Virus record (IMG/VR): IMGVR_UViG_3300035494_000021
Location: 1 to 51,896 of that record
Reading direction: 5' to 3' (one strand)
DNA length: 51,896 nucleotides
DNA from: a virus
Part shown: piece by piece, positions 51,754 through 51,896 of the stretch
How the letters are laid out: every line of letters begins with the position of its first letter
Numbering within the stretch: position 1 is the first letter of the stretch
Program-made: the position numbers and the translations under genes
The notes under the pieces: model-generated
What the model was told of the DNA's origin: nothing
Databases searched by the model: none
Seen by the model: only the letters and a program-made list of their open reading frames with translations

Positions 51754-51778
51754 CTAGCGGGCGAACGTAGTGAGCCCT
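51754..51778 (-). promoter_or_regulatory. Promoter-like motif copy f (AGGGCTC-N14-CTAG)
   Basis: Minus strand reads AGGGCTCACTACGTTCGCCCGCTAG followed by GAACAGC. It is 10 nt from copy e, and its upstream half is also present at 1-9. Confidence 0.5.
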
Positions 51779-51896
51779 AAGCCGTATATTTGTTCAAAGC
51801 GAAGCAACTATACGAGGGCCGACGTATCTGGGAACAATGTTGTGATTATAATCCTATAGTAGTTATCATAACCATCTATAAAGGCTACTCATAAGA
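51770..51896. repeat. Second copy of the 127-bp terminal overlap
   Basis: Identical to 1-127. It starts inside a copy of the promoter-like motif at 51754-51778. Confidence 0.95.

Noticed and set aside
51721-51778. Possible mini CRISPR-like or tandem-repeat array (two similar 23-25-nt units 10 nt apart)
   Set aside because: There are only two adjacent units, the spacer is 10 nt, and the units are members of the dispersed promoter-like family. No cas genes are present.
1-51896. Temperate life-style or mobile-element features (integrase, repressor, att sites, transposase)
   Set aside because: None of the ORFs shows integrase, recombinase or CI/Cro-like motifs that I recognise. Gene content and single-strand organisation fit a strictly lytic phage.

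Overview
This window is a complete, closed genome of a virulent tailed phage. The last 127 bp repeat the first 127 bp exactly, so the unique length is 51,769 bp. All credible genes (about 71) lie on the minus strand. The plus-strand ORFs in the track look like shadows of those genes.

Read in the direction of transcription (descending coordinates), the order resembles T7:
- 3125-2733: a 393-bp structured non-coding region.
- 2705-157: a small repeat protein and a compact T7-family single-subunit RNA polymerase.
- 156-1, continuing at 51769-50661: a 1.27-kb non-coding control region. It holds clustered copies of a recurrent promoter-like motif, five 5-bp-stem/3-nt-loop hairpins and an AT-rich block.
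- 50660-43297: small early genes.
- 43289-30138: replication and nucleotide metabolism. This includes gp4-like primase-helicase, SLOG plus macrodomain proteins, family A DNA polymerase, SSB-like protein, FEN/5'-3' exonuclease, HNH endonuclease, HD nucleotidase, DNA ligase, dNMP kinase and a class II-like ribonucleotide reductase.
- 29761-23413: packaging and head genes (large terminase, portal, scaffold/protease, major capsid).
- 22845-4772: a contractile-tail module. This includes sheath, tube, a frameshifted chaperone pair, a 1210-aa tape-measure-position protein, hub/spike/PAAR/gp25-like/baseplate J proteins and three fibre proteins.
- 4755-3126: a lysis region with two peptidoglycan hydrolases.

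A contractile tail combined with a T7-like RNA polymerase and single-strand gene orientation recalls, from memory, the phiEcoM-GJ1-like myoviruses (Chaseviridae). That assignment needs a database search. I recognised no tRNA, CRISPR array, integrase or repressor module.

The most interesting observations are:
- the AGGGCTC-N12/14-CTAG motif family, a candidate promoter set for the phage RNA polymerase;
- the triloop-hairpin plus AT-rich origin-like region;
- a YqaJ/lambda-exonuclease-like nuclease domain embedded in the tape-measure-position protein;
- a SLOG plus macrodomain gene pair sitting behind a 546-bp non-coding island that ends in a strong terminator;
- a minimal CCA-adding-like nucleotidyltransferase next to a DUF4326-like gene.
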